Notes: generated from the letters alone by a model not told the origin. Counted from the stretch's first letter, positions 49,342-60,038 are shown. The stretch is DNA of 64,000 nt from Thermoanaerobaculia bacterium (GCA_030431255.1 JAUIJL010000034.1:5909-69908), one strand, 5' to 3'. Numbers and translations: made by a program.

Positions 49342-49356
49342 TTTCTCTGGATCGAA

Positions 49357-49986
49357 TCACGATCCGCCGGCGGGGCTGAACGAGGTGATTTCGATGCAGA
49401 TAGGGCTCGTTTTCTGCCCACAGCCCGAGCTGGATTTTGCTTTGGAGCTGCCCACCAAGGGAATCTGATGCCGACGGCTCCATTCGGTGACTTCCCGTAG
49501 GGCTCGCTGCACGTTGGCGACGGTCGGCCTGCTGATGGACCAAGGCCCCCGGTAGCTGAACCGACCGGCGCGGGCGACAATCACCAAAACCGGCGGCCAG
49601 AATTTGGCCAACAGGCCTGCAGCCAGGGCCAGAGCTCCGTAGCCCATGGCGGTGATAGGGCTCGACATCGAAACCAGGGCCAGCACACCGAATATCGTCG
49701 CGCCACATGCGGTGGCGATGCGCTGAAACGGGCGGTGAGGTCGGGCTCGAACCTCGAGAATGTCCTCTAAGGGCGCCCTCGAGGTGACGAAACCCCGTTC
49801 CATGCCCACGGATTGCGGGCTCCAGGGTCGTCGTTGGACCCAAAGGGCGCCGCGATTGCTGAGGGTCATCACCGCGTCGAGACCTGCGCGGTCGAAGTGT
49901 CTGAAAAGAAAGCAGACCTGCTCGACGCCTTGGTCGGAGGGCTGTGGTTGTGTTGTCGGCTCGGAAGTCGTAGTGGGCTGATTCAT
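49357..49986 (-). CDS. Hypothetical membrane protein with two adjacent TM helices
   Basis: AGGAG RBS before ATG 49986; fills the gap downstream of aroC; no recognisable motif. Confidence 0.5.
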   Translation of the reverse strand: MNQPTTTSEPTTQPQPSDQGVEQVCFLFRHFDRAGLDAVMTLSNRGALWVQRRPWSPQSVGMERGFVTSRAPLEDILEVRARPHRPFQRIATACGATIFGVLALVSMSSPITAMGYGALALAAGLLAKFWPPVLVIVARAGRFSYRGPWSISRPTVANVQRALREVTEWSRRHQIPLVGSSKAKSSSGCGQKTSPICIEITSFSPAGGS

Positions 49987-50136
49987 GATGATCTCCTGCT
50001 GCCTAGTCTTGGGTTGGGCCCGCCGCGACGGGTCGCGGTGGCCCTTCACCCATAGAGCGCGATAGGAGGCGGTTTTAGATCATCTGAAACGAAAAAATCT
50101 CGTCGAGGCCCCGATCATGGATCACAGAGTCGTGGT

Positions 50137-51228
50137 CTAACCTTCAGAAGCAGCCATCGCCCGCTGACGCAGCATGTGATCGGCGAGGGTGAGGGCCATC
50201 ATGGCTTCGGCCATGGGCACGAATCGTGGCAGCAGGCAGGGGTCGTGTCGACCTTTGGTGGAAATGGTGGTGGCCTCGCCGTCTTGGGTGACGGTGGGTT
50301 GCTCCATGGGAATCGAGCTGGTGGGTTTGACCGCGCATCGCAGGACGATGGGCGTGCCGGAAGAGATGCCGCCCAACATGCCGCCGTGGCGGTTGCTGTC
50401 GGTGGTGATGCGTCCGCCGCGATAGACGAAGTGGTCGTTGTTTTCACTGCCGCGGGCGGTGGCGACCGCGAAGCCGGCGCCGTATTCCACCCCGACCACC
50501 GCCGGTAGGCTGAACATGGCTTTACCCAGGTCCGCCTTGAGCTTGTCGAAAACCGGCTCTCCCCATCCGGGAGGCACGCCGGTGGCGACCACCTCCGCCA
50601 CGCCACCGATGGAATCCCTCTCGCTACGCACCCGTTCGATCAGCTCGATCATCTGATCGGCGGCTTTGGCATCGGGGCAGCGCACCATATTCGCCTCGAC
50701 CTGGTCGAGGCTGATGTTGGCGGGATCATTGATGGAGGCGCGGATGTCGCCCACTTGCACGACATAACCCAAGACCTCCACACCGACCGAGGCGAGCAGC
50801 TTCTTGGCCACCGCGCCGGCGGCCACCCGCACGGTGGTCTCCCGGGCGCTCGACCGGCCACCGCCGCGATAGTCGCGAAAGCCGTATTTGGCGTCGAAGG
50901 TGTAGTCGGCGTGGCCCGGTCGATACTTCTTCTGGATGTCGCTATAGTCCCGGGAGCGCTGATCCGTGTTCTCGATCAGGATGGCGATCGAGGTGCCGGT
51001 GGTTCGGCCTTCGAAGACCCCGGAAAGAATGCGTGGTTGGTCGGCTTCTTTGCGCTGGGTGACGATGCTCGACTGGCCGGGCCGACGGCGGGCCAAGTCG
51101 GGCAGAAGATCGTCCACCGACAGCTCGAGACCGGACGGCACGCCATCGATGATGACCACGTTTCCCGGTCCATGGCTCTCACCCGCGGTGGTAATGCGGA
51201 ACGAATGACCCCAAGTATTGCCTGGCAT
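50137..51228 (-). CDS. aroC: Chorismate synthase
   Basis: GESHG, RPGHAD, GGGRSSARET, GGMLGGIS, KPTSSI and GRHDPC. Confidence 0.98.
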   Translation of the reverse strand: MPGNTWGHSFRITTAGESHGPGNVVIIDGVPSGLELSVDDLLPDLARRRPGQSSIVTQRKEADQPRILSGVFEGRTTGTSIAILIENTDQRSRDYSDIQKKYRPGHADYTFDAKYGFRDYRGGGRSSARETTVRVAAGAVAKKLLASVGVEVLGYVVQVGDIRASINDPANISLDQVEANMVRCPDAKAADQMIELIERVRSERDSIGGVAEVVATGVPPGWGEPVFDKLKADLGKAMFSLPAVVGVEYGAGFAVATARGSENNDHFVYRGGRITTDSNRHGGMLGGISSGTPIVLRCAVKPTSSIPMEQPTVTQDGEATTISTKGRHDPCLLPRFVPMAEAMMALTLADHMLRQRAMAASEG

Positions 51229-53569
51229 GATGCATATCTATCAGACGAAGGGCGGCAGGTCACTGGTCATTGGGCGATCTCTGTCCGTGGTCCTCAGCCT
51301 TGGAGCTTTATTTCTGGGCTTGGTCGCATGTGGTCCCGAGCCCGAGATGATCGAGCTCGACCGCTTGGCCGAGGGATTGGCCACGGCGGAGATCCATCGG
51401 GAGCTTCCGATCCTCGATTTGGGTGAGCCCTGGGCCCGTAAGCACCTGGGACGCGGTTGGTCGTGGGACGCCGCGTCCGCGGACGGAACGAGCTACGTTT
51501 GGGTCGACGGTGAGCAGGCGGAGGTTGACCTCTTTCTCGCTTGGGGTCGAGAGCTGGAGATCTCGGCCCGTTGTTTGGCCTTCAGCTTTCCGGATGCTCC
51601 ACCGCAGCAGGTGACCTTCGAATGGGATGGACATGCCCTGGGCGAAGCGACGTTTCCCGGCGGCGGCTTCGCTGAATTCGCATTCAAGGTGCCGTCGGAG
51701 CTGGCCGGTCCGGGATTACATCATCTGACCCTGAGCGGCACCTACGCGCAAAAAGTGAGCGAGGTTCTGAGCAGTGAGGATCCTCGGTCCCTATCGTTCG
51801 CCTGCGACTGGATCCGCCTGAGCGACGGCCCTGAGCCCGAGACGGCCCGGGGAGAAGGGGACACCCTGTGGATTCCTTCCGGGGTCGAGGTCGCCTATTT
51901 TCTCGAGCCCAGCTCAGACGTGACTTTGGCGTGGGAGCAGCTTTCTTGGCGGACCGGGAGCGCCGATGCCGATCCAGAAAGCCCTACGAATGCGGTGCTG
52001 TCCGTGGTCTGGCAGGTGGAAGGGGAGGCGGCGCAGGTCACCGAGCTGACCGAGCTCGATCATCGGGGTGCCGACCATCAGGCGGCTGGCTCCGTGACCC
52101 TGCCCGTGAAGGCGGACGAGCCGACGCCGGCCCGGTTGGGGCTGCGGGTCTCGACCCGAGCCGGCTCGGGCGGGGTGGTGTTGAAACAACCCAGAATTCT
52201 TATGCCGTCCGGTTCGGAGCCATCGCAAGCGCACCCAAGCGAAAAACCGCCGGAGCTTGCGGCCCGAGCCGATGTCAGGGAGCCGTCAGCCGCTCCACCG
52301 ATCCTCATCTGGGTGGTGGACACCCTGCGAGCCGACCGCTTGGGTCTATACGGCCATGATCGTCCGATCTCACCGCACTTCGACGCCCTGGCCGCGCGCT
52401 CGACGGTCTTCGAGCGAGCCGTCGCCCAATCGTCATGGACCCGGCCGACCATGGCGACCCTATTGACCGGAGTCGGCCCCGAGCGGCACGGAGTCCAGGG
52501 CATCGAAGATGGTCTAAGCCCCTCGTTTGAAACCCTGGCGGAGCACTTTCAGCAATCGGGTTACGCCACCGGAGGATTCTCCACCAACGGCAATTTCAGC
52601 CCGGATACGAATCTCGACCAGGGATTCGATCGCTTCGAGTACCAAGTGGTCGACGCCGACCGAATCACCGAGCGTATGCTCGCGTGGCTCGACGAGCTTC
52701 GAGCCAAGGGAGATAGCCGTCCGCCGCTGATGGTCGTGCTGACCACCGAGCCCCATGCCTCCTTCGAGCCGGCCGAGCCCTTCCGCGCCCGTTTTGCCCC
52801 AGGCGTCGATGATCCGTGGTTAGGCACCAACGAGCACATCCGAGCCTTAGGCGACAAAAAAGCCCCGGCCACGGATGAGGTGGTGGAGCAGCTCTTCCAG
52901 CTCTACGACGCAGAGATCGCGTGGAACGATCATGCTTTCGGCGCCCTCCGGAGCTCCCTGGCGGACCGCGGCCTCGACCCACTCATCGTGGTCGTGGCAG
53001 ACCACGGGGAGGCCTTCCACGAGCGCGGCGCCTTCGGCCACGGCTGGGATCTCCACCGAGAAGTGCTGCACATCCCGTTTTGGATCCACCTTCCGGGTCA
53101 ACAAGAGGGCACCCGAATCACCCGTCCCGTGCAACAAGCGGATCTGCTGCCGACCCTTCTGGATTGGGTCACCGGGAAGCGCCCATCAGATCTCGACGGT
53201 GAAAGCTTGGCGGATCTGCTGGCTCGGCCGGGTGGCAAGGACGATTCCAGCATCGAGCGCATCGATCCCGACCGTCTCCTGGTGTCGACCATGGACTACG
53301 AAGGCCGCAAAGGCGCGTCGTTGATACGCGGTCGCTACAAGCTGATCGTGCCCCTCAGCCCGGGCTTCGCGGCGGGGCGAATGCTCTTCGATCTCCAGAA
53401 CGATCCCGAAGAGCGACATGACCTGAGCCGGGAACGCCCCATCCTGACGGGTTGGCTCGCCCAGCTCTTGAGGGAGTATTTGGCGACTCAAACCGCCGTC
53501 GAAGCGGAAGAGGTCGAGCTCGAGCCCGAGACCCGTGAGCAATTGGAGGCTTTGGGTTATCTGGGGTAG
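51218..53569 (+). CDS. Sulfatase-like lipoprotein with N-terminal beta domains; exact start uncertain, divergent from aroC
   Basis: Lipobox LVAC; VVDTLRADRL, WTRPTMATLLTG, EPH, ADHGE, terminal LEALGYL. Confidence 0.85.
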   Translation: MPGMMHIYQTKGGRSLVIGRSLSVVLSLGALFLGLVACGPEPEMIELDRLAEGLATAEIHRELPILDLGEPWARKHLGRGWSWDAASADGTSYVWVDGEQAEVDLFLAWGRELEISARCLAFSFPDAPPQQVTFEWDGHALGEATFPGGGFAEFAFKVPSELAGPGLHHLTLSGTYAQKVSEVLSSEDPRSLSFACDWIRLSDGPEPETARGEGDTLWIPSGVEVAYFLEPSSDVTLAWEQLSWRTGSADADPESPTNAVLSVVWQVEGEAAQVTELTELDHRGADHQAAGSVTLPVKADEPTPARLGLRVSTRAGSGGVVLKQPRILMPSGSEPSQAHPSEKPPELAARADVREPSAAPPILIWVVDTLRADRLGLYGHDRPISPHFDALAARSTVFERAVAQSSWTRPTMATLLTGVGPERHGVQGIEDGLSPSFETLAEHFQQSGYATGGFSTNGNFSPDTNLDQGFDRFEYQVVDADRITERMLAWLDELRAKGDSRPPLMVVLTTEPHASFEPAEPFRARFAPGVDDPWLGTNEHIRALGDKKAPATDEVVEQLFQLYDAEIAWNDHAFGALRSSLADRGLDPLIVVVADHGEAFHERGAFGHGWDLHREVLHIPFWIHLPGQQEGTRITRPVQQADLLPTLLDWVTGKRPSDLDGESLADLLARPGGKDDSSIERIDPDRLLVSTMDYEGRKGASLIRGRYKLIVPLSPGFAAGRMLFDLQNDPEERHDLSRERPILTGWLAQLLREYLATQTAVEAEEVELEPETREQLEALGYLG

Positions 53570-53594
53570 GTGGCTAGTCTACTGAGACATTCGA

Positions 53595-56500
53595 TCACGC
53601 TTCGGTACTACCGATAAGCCCGACATCCCCTTCGACAAAGTCTCGCCTGACGAGGCGTTCCTCACCGGCAATCTCTACGAGAGCTGCGAGCAGATCGGGG
53701 CGCATTACAACACCACAGCCAAAAGTCCGAGGCCACGCCAAATAGCGATCACTGACGTCATACTCTGCTCGCCAAGTCACGAGCGCGAGGGCTGGGCCGG
53801 AGTCATCCTCGTAGACAAAAGGGTCCCCGGGCGATAACCCAAGTGGCGCTAGGAGCGGTGCGGTAGGCGAGAGCAGCGAATCAGGCACACCGAGGCCCAA
53901 GCGACCATCACCTACCATTTCCAGCTCAGTGTCAATTCCAAGGAGAGGCTGAGACGAGCCAAAGGGTCGCCCACCTGCAGCTTGGTTGATCTCTGCTCTC
54001 CACCAGCGAATGTCGCCTCGTGTCACCGGCGGCAGAGTCAAGGCCTGTCGGTCGTTCAAATTACGGACTTCAAGAATTTGGAATCGAGTTGAATCAAGAA
54101 TGTTTTTGCTACGCCAATCCCGTGGTTTCGACCTGCGTCTCTCGAAAGTTCCGAGCCAGTACCAATTTCGATATGGACCGCTCGTCACGGTCGGTAGCTC
54201 GGAGATGGGGGCCAGCGTCAACGTTGCGAACAGACGGCCCTCTGTACTGGAGGCAGCTTCTATATTGTGGCTAGTGTCGCCCGAGATCCACTCCTGAATT
54301 CTTTTCCATAGCTCGTCTCCGAGCCCCGGTGGAGGCTGCAAAAAAGGTCGCGGGACTCGGCGAGCTTCGAGTAAAAGTGGCACGATTGGATCATCGAGCA
54401 GAGCTGACGCTAGGTAGTCTTCCCATTGAGCTGGATCCGTGACGAGCTCGCCCGCCACGAGCTTTGCCGCGCGACCACCGGCTGCGACGGTTTGTAGAAT
54501 TTCTTCCAGTGTTTGCTCGTGCGTGAGGAAGGCGTCTGGGCAACGCATAAGCGCTTGATCGCCGAGGTTTCTTAGCTGCTGCTGGAGTCGTTTTTGGAGG
54601 TAGTCGTTCTTTCGCGCATTTACCGCCCGCGTGCAAACGGCCTCATACAATCCTTCTAACATCGATTCGGCACGCTGAGCGCGGACTGCTACGGACTTGA
54701 GGAGAAGCTCTGGAGCTGGCGAATTGTCATCGTCTCCATTCGCCGGTTCCGGGGTCCAAAGGACTTGTGAAGGTTCGCGCAATAGAGCCTTGTCGGGCGA
54801 GGTGGGAGCAACGAGCGGGGGCGGCTCGCCCGTGATCATGCGTCGAGCAAGGGCACGTACCGTCAGGTGGTCGCGGCTCGACAGCTCCCGAAGCACATCT
54901 TGGCAGGCCTCGATCACTGAAGCCGCTGAAGATCCTGATGATTCGAGCAAGCTAAGTAGCCAGGAGAGTGTCGCAGGATCTGAAATCTGATCGAGCACGG
55001 CGGGAAGCACTCGCTCACAGACGGCCGGTCGCTCCTTGAGCAGCAGATGAGTCGCTAGGAATGCACGTCGCTTCTTCTCGCGACCCGCGTGTGCGATTCC
55101 GGCGATGGCAGCCAAAGCGAATGCCTCTTCGAGAGTGTTGGGCATCGGTGTCGCGACACCCGCGAGTGGAGGCTCATAGGGGATAGCAGGATCGTCGGAG
55201 TCGGCTACGCGGGGCGCCCTTGAGTTGATGACGTCGAAGGCTTCGTCCCACGCGCTGAACGCAAGGTCCGAATGCGTTTCATCGTCGGTGGATAGGGCTC
55301 CCACAACAAGCGCGTGAATGATTGCCTGGGAAATTCCATAGGTCCCAAAGCGAGAAGAAGAAACTCTTAGCTCGATCTCTTCAGCTACTAGAGCCCCAGC
55401 TGTCCCGGCATCCAGATCCATTGCCTGATTGAGTGCTTCTATTTCCGTTTCGCCACCGAATGCCAACCACCCCTCATGTCCACGAGTACGAGTCCATGTG
55501 AGCGAAAAGGCGATAGCGGCGAGCTTCACCTCTCCATGTCGTTGAAGCCCCTCTGCAATGGACCGCAAGATGTTGACCCTCTCTCCAAGGCCCGCCGATG
55601 CATCGGCCAAAGACCACAGAGCTGAGCGTGCGTCATCGAATCGGTTTTCAGCCAAAAGCTCAACCAACCGATAGCCGATGGCGTTGGCGAATCGCTCGGT
55701 TTCCCACTCTGGGGAGGCAACGTCATATGGTCTACTGCGCCAAGCTCTAATAGCCTGCGCAAGACCTGCCGAGCCAATCGGAAAATTGACGACTGGGTTT
55801 ACCTCCAGCTTTGTGGTTCCAGCTCTCGCTCTGGAGTAGCTCTCTCCGTCATCGCTTTCCTTTGAAGCGGTCTTACTGCGAACGGCTGAAATACTGGGAA
55901 GGTCGAGCTTTTCTGCGATGGAGTTGAGATTTTTGACATGTTGGTTGTCTTTCTCAAGCAGCTTGTCGCTATTCGAGTAAGGGTAAGACACGGACCGCTC
56001 GTCTATGCGTGCCAGCAGCAGCGTGAGCAGCTGCCGCCCCTCGGGTCCATCGGCCTCGGCAAGCCGCTCCAGTTGTTTCGGATCTGAGGGATCCAGTGGT
56101 GTGTCCAGGGTCAGGCGAAGGACGCCGGCAACCATCGGATCGGCATCTCTAAACCACTCGCGCCAAACATCCTCCAGTGCTTCGTTCAGGACTGAGTTCG
56201 GGTCGTTGCATTCCCTGAGAAGAGTGGGGACAACCAAGTGAGCCAAAGCCTTGGGATCTGCCTTGGCTAGAAGAGACCACCATCTGGGTATGGCGTGCCC
56301 GGTTTCTTTTCGATTGGTGTGTCGTAGCACTCGCTCGCATAGCGCCTGAACACGAGCTACCCGCAGACACGCCTTGGCCCGGTCCTTTACGATCAAATTT
56401 GGAAGGGGATCGAGCAGCTCAAAGATCGTGATGTCTTTATGCCGACCATAGCCTGCGAGGAGCGCGCAGGACTCTTGCCAAAGCCTCTCTGCCTCTTGGC

Positions 56501-59500
56501 GGTCGTCGGCAGCCAGTGCAAGTCTGGCGGCAAGAAGACGGTACTCGGCGAGATCGGAATAGAAGCGTCGACCGGATCCCTCAGCCAACTCGTCCGAGAT
56601 GAGTTGCTCGGCAACGTCGCGCCGATCTGGATTCGCACCTGCCACCGCCAGATGCAGGACCAAACGCGGAGGAACCGGCCCGCCGCCCTCTCCACTCAAG
56701 GTGGTCGTAATCGACTTGCTGACCTTCTTCAAAATAAGCAAACCTTCAGACCATTGCTCATCATCGAGCATATTTAAGGCATGTCTCAGACTTTCTTCAA
56801 TAACAGGCTCGAGTGAGTACAGGTCGCAGGCTCGGGGATCTCCTGCGAAAGGTCTGAGATCGTCGGTCAGCAGCCGAATCGCTTCCAAGGCATGAAAGCC
56901 TTGACTGTGCAACGTTGCGGTATCGACCCTGGAGAGCGCTATGGCGAAACGAAGCCAACATCGATACCAACCATCGCCTCCGCTGACCACGGCTTCAGCG
57001 GCGTTGAGTCCAACTGGATCTCTTCGGGCTGCCAGAGTGCAGGCATCCAACCAGGCGTTGACTTGTTCTGGCCGAACGAGTCTCTCCTCGACTTCGCGCG
57101 TGAGACCGATCAGCCGTTCTCGACTAGTCGCAATATCTGTTTTCGTGAAAACCGCCAAATCGACACCAAACGCCAAAGCACGACGGCGCGCCCCAAGCGG
57201 TAGGCCGTGAGCTACCGCAGCCTCAGCCCATTGACGTGGCGAGCTCCCATGTGGATCCAAGCCCGGTCGAGCTTCAAGCTCATGCGCCATCGCCAGATAC
57301 GCACTGGAAGGCTCTTGAAAAGCTTCGGCTAGGCGCACCACATCTTCCCAACCATGCGTATCGAGCACTGCGCGCACGACTTCTTTCATGGGTAACCCGC
57401 GATCTTCAATCCATTGCGCGAGCCCATTCAGATTGACGGTCTTATCGGTTTGAGGTGGTCCTTGATCACCGGAGCCGGGCGGCTCTGCAGATTGTATTTT
57501 TGACGCTAAGCGTAGCCAGCCGCGCAACCGGACTAGGGCTAATTTGAGATCGGATTCTTCTCCATAGGATGTATTGTCGCTGTCTAGCTCTCGCAGATAA
57601 CCGTCCAAATAAAGCTGCCAAGGGGCGACTGCGCCGAGTTTGTCCAAGGTCGCGCACAACTGCAAACCTTCCCTTGCAGGCATCACCAAACGGTCGCCAT
57701 TGAGTAAACGCGCAGCCAGTGTATCTGCACCGATGAGAGTTGCCGGGACATCGGCAAAATCCACCAATGTGGAGTCGAAGCGCTCCACATGGAAAGAATC
57801 CGCCGACCGGGACAGCTCAACATATCGAACAACAACTGGCCATTGCTCCAGCCGAGCCGCAGCGCGAACCGCAATCCCGAGGTTTCTTTTGATTTCAGAT
57901 GTGGGGAAACTTCCCGCAGCGGCTTTGACCACGAAATCGCCGTCGACCAGATCCAAGACCCGGCCGTTTTCACCGACTTCGGCAAGGAGCTGCAAAAGAG
58001 AGCGGAAAGCACGAGAGTCGGCGAAGAGACCTTTCTTCTCAAGCCAACTCGTAACTTTTTCTATGAGAGCTGCAAGAGCCGTGGGGTTGTCTTGGAACGG
58101 TGTCCTCAGATATCGGGCAAAAGACTCGTGGTAGACGCGTATGCCGCCTTGCGTCGCCTGTTCGAGTAGCACAGGCTTGAGATGCTCGATCGCGGTATTG
58201 ACCCGATGAGCAGCATCAGGCCTGATCTCGCACAGCTCAGCTCTGCTGACCGGAAAGTCGACAAGCGCTATAACGTCGGCAACCCACATTGCTTCAGATC
58301 CGAGAGATCGATAAAGATATTCGTAGTAGCTGGTGAGTGTCCCATCGAAAGAAGGGAGCTGGAGAACCATCTTCGCGGGATCGGGAGAGACGTCGATAGA
58401 TCGAAGGACTTCCTGGCACAAGTAGGTTGCATATAGCGCATTGCCGCCTGAGCGCTCGGCTAAGGCAGCCAAGAATTTGCTTCCTGCTTCCGAGTCTTCA
58501 ATCCGAGGAGAGCCCTTCCCCTCAACGTCCGCCTCGCTATCTGGAATAAGCTCAAGACGGCTGGCGAGCAAGCTCAGCTCGTTCCGGGAAAGCCCTTCAA
58601 GCGTCAGTAATTCGGCCCCGGCATCATTAAGCGGATTGAGATGGGCACCGGGCTGGCTGAGAACAATCACCACCGTCCCGAGAGGCAGGTCAAGCGATGC
58701 CAATGCCTCCGACATACTCCTTGAAGGATCGAACGAGCTGTTCCCCGAAGAACGGCGGACGCGCGTGATGTGATCAACCCCGTCGATCACGAGCGCAATT
58801 CGTCGGTCCGGCTCTAGATCACGGGAAAACTGAAGACAATTAACCAAGGCATCTTCATCGGCGGCAAAACGAGGGCGTTGATCCTGAACGAGCCGGAGAT
58901 CCGCGTCTGCGAGTCGAGCAACAAGACTCCCGAAGACTGCTTCCACCAAGACCCGTTCAAGGCGCTCACCGTCCGCATCTCCGAGATAGCAGTAGTGCTC
59001 AGCGATCAGCCACCCCTTATCGGACATTTCTTCTAGGATCTGCTGACAGATCCACGATTTACCATGCCCGGGAGGCCCTTGAACAAGTAGAAAGCCCCCT
59101 TCGGCAGCGCGTTTCTCCGCTGCGATCAGGAATTGTTGAACAGCACGTGGACGCCGGACCTCGAGACTCGAATCAACGGGATGCGAACGGGACACTGCTC
59201 CGAAGTCGCTTCTAAGCTTTGTTCTGCGCAGAAGCTCCTTTGGAGTTGGCTTGAGCAATTGCTGGCGTGCGGCTCGAGCCGCTGAAATCAACGCTGCTGC
59301 GACATCAATCGCTTGGCGGCTTTCGTTTGGAAAGCTCTCCGCACCAATTTCGGAGCGGGCGCGAGTCAACAGGATCTTCTCTGCTATTCCAGGATCAGTG
59401 AGGTCGAAGCTCGCTCGCGGAGCATCGACTTCAATCACAAGCCGATCACAACACCATCTGAGGTCGTTTTGGGAAAGAGGCGTGTTGCCAGTGAATAGGA

Positions 59501-60038
59501 ACCTGAACGAGGACTCCTCGTCTTGGTTCCGGCCATCCTGCTGCTGCAGTTTTGCTGCATCGAATCCGAATCTAGCAGTCTGGATTACTTGAAGGTAGGA
59601 GCCGGGATCTAGCTTTTTGGGCTGTAACACCTCCACTAATTTCGGGTCGGTCGCGGCCCTGTCCCGAAGCACAACTCGAAAGACTACGTCCTTAGCATGG
59701 CTTCCTGGTCCGTCTCGGTCGGCCAGCATCGATCGGAAGAGTTTGTCCAGCCGGAGGTCACGCTTGTCATTTGTAAACGTACCGAGGGTAAGCGGCCGAT
59801 CGTCGTTGTCGGTGTGTTTGAATTGGCAGCGCTCTCGTTTTCCGTCGAAGCTTGTTGTTGTCAGGTCGTCGAAACGATCATCGGGAAAGAGCTTCTCGTC
59901 ACAGTGGGCTTCGACCACATTTCCCAGAAGGATGTCTACGAATCGGCACGCGACAAGGAGATCCTGGAATTCATAACCGCGATGAGCGGGGACCAATCCC
60001 GATAGATTTGAAGTCGTTTTTGCAGTCTTGGTGGCCAC
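53595..60038 (-). CDS. 2147-aa nuclease-STAND NTPase (Avs/NLR-like candidate anti-phage protein)
   Basis: N-terminal GYEFQD...FDD...QFK (PD-(D/E)xK, Cap4-like); Walker A GPPGHGKS; Walker B LVIDGVDH; GGNALY (GxP-like); long helical C-terminus; composition visibly less GC-rich than the flanks. Confidence 0.75.
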   Translation of the reverse strand: MATKTAKTTSNLSGLVPAHRGYEFQDLLVACRFVDILLGNVVEAHCDEKLFPDDRFDDLTTTSFDGKRERCQFKHTDNDDRPLTLGTFTNDKRDLRLDKLFRSMLADRDGPGSHAKDVVFRVVLRDRAATDPKLVEVLQPKKLDPGSYLQVIQTARFGFDAAKLQQQDGRNQDEESSFRFLFTGNTPLSQNDLRWCCDRLVIEVDAPRASFDLTDPGIAEKILLTRARSEIGAESFPNESRQAIDVAAALISAARAARQQLLKPTPKELLRRTKLRSDFGAVSRSHPVDSSLEVRRPRAVQQFLIAAEKRAAEGGFLLVQGPPGHGKSWICQQILEEMSDKGWLIAEHYCYLGDADGERLERVLVEAVFGSLVARLADADLRLVQDQRPRFAADEDALVNCLQFSRDLEPDRRIALVIDGVDHITRVRRSSGNSSFDPSRSMSEALASLDLPLGTVVIVLSQPGAHLNPLNDAGAELLTLEGLSRNELSLLASRLELIPDSEADVEGKGSPRIEDSEAGSKFLAALAERSGGNALYATYLCQEVLRSIDVSPDPAKMVLQLPSFDGTLTSYYEYLYRSLGSEAMWVADVIALVDFPVSRAELCEIRPDAAHRVNTAIEHLKPVLLEQATQGGIRVYHESFARYLRTPFQDNPTALAALIEKVTSWLEKKGLFADSRAFRSLLQLLAEVGENGRVLDLVDGDFVVKAAAGSFPTSEIKRNLGIAVRAAARLEQWPVVVRYVELSRSADSFHVERFDSTLVDFADVPATLIGADTLAARLLNGDRLVMPAREGLQLCATLDKLGAVAPWQLYLDGYLRELDSDNTSYGEESDLKLALVRLRGWLRLASKIQSAEPPGSGDQGPPQTDKTVNLNGLAQWIEDRGLPMKEVVRAVLDTHGWEDVVRLAEAFQEPSSAYLAMAHELEARPGLDPHGSSPRQWAEAAVAHGLPLGARRRALAFGVDLAVFTKTDIATSRERLIGLTREVEERLVRPEQVNAWLDACTLAARRDPVGLNAAEAVVSGGDGWYRCWLRFAIALSRVDTATLHSQGFHALEAIRLLTDDLRPFAGDPRACDLYSLEPVIEESLRHALNMLDDEQWSEGLLILKKVSKSITTTLSGEGGGPVPPRLVLHLAVAGANPDRRDVAEQLISDELAEGSGRRFYSDLAEYRLLAARLALAADDRQEAERLWQESCALLAGYGRHKDITIFELLDPLPNLIVKDRAKACLRVARVQALCERVLRHTNRKETGHAIPRWWSLLAKADPKALAHLVVPTLLRECNDPNSVLNEALEDVWREWFRDADPMVAGVLRLTLDTPLDPSDPKQLERLAEADGPEGRQLLTLLLARIDERSVSYPYSNSDKLLEKDNQHVKNLNSIAEKLDLPSISAVRSKTASKESDDGESYSRARAGTTKLEVNPVVNFPIGSAGLAQAIRAWRSRPYDVASPEWETERFANAIGYRLVELLAENRFDDARSALWSLADASAGLGERVNILRSIAEGLQRHGEVKLAAIAFSLTWTRTRGHEGWLAFGGETEIEALNQAMDLDAGTAGALVAEEIELRVSSSRFGTYGISQAIIHALVVGALSTDDETHSDLAFSAWDEAFDVINSRAPRVADSDDPAIPYEPPLAGVATPMPNTLEEAFALAAIAGIAHAGREKKRRAFLATHLLLKERPAVCERVLPAVLDQISDPATLSWLLSLLESSGSSAASVIEACQDVLRELSSRDHLTVRALARRMITGEPPPLVAPTSPDKALLREPSQVLWTPEPANGDDDNSPAPELLLKSVAVRAQRAESMLEGLYEAVCTRAVNARKNDYLQKRLQQQLRNLGDQALMRCPDAFLTHEQTLEEILQTVAAGGRAAKLVAGELVTDPAQWEDYLASALLDDPIVPLLLEARRVPRPFLQPPPGLGDELWKRIQEWISGDTSHNIEAASSTEGRLFATLTLAPISELPTVTSGPYRNWYWLGTFERRRSKPRDWRSKNILDSTRFQILEVRNLNDRQALTLPPVTRGDIRWWRAEINQAAGGRPFGSSQPLLGIDTELEMVGDGRLGLGVPDSLLSPTAPLLAPLGLSPGDPFVYEDDSGPALALVTWRAEYDVSDRYLAWPRTFGCGVVMRPDLLAALVEIAGEERLVRRDFVEGDVGLIGSTEA

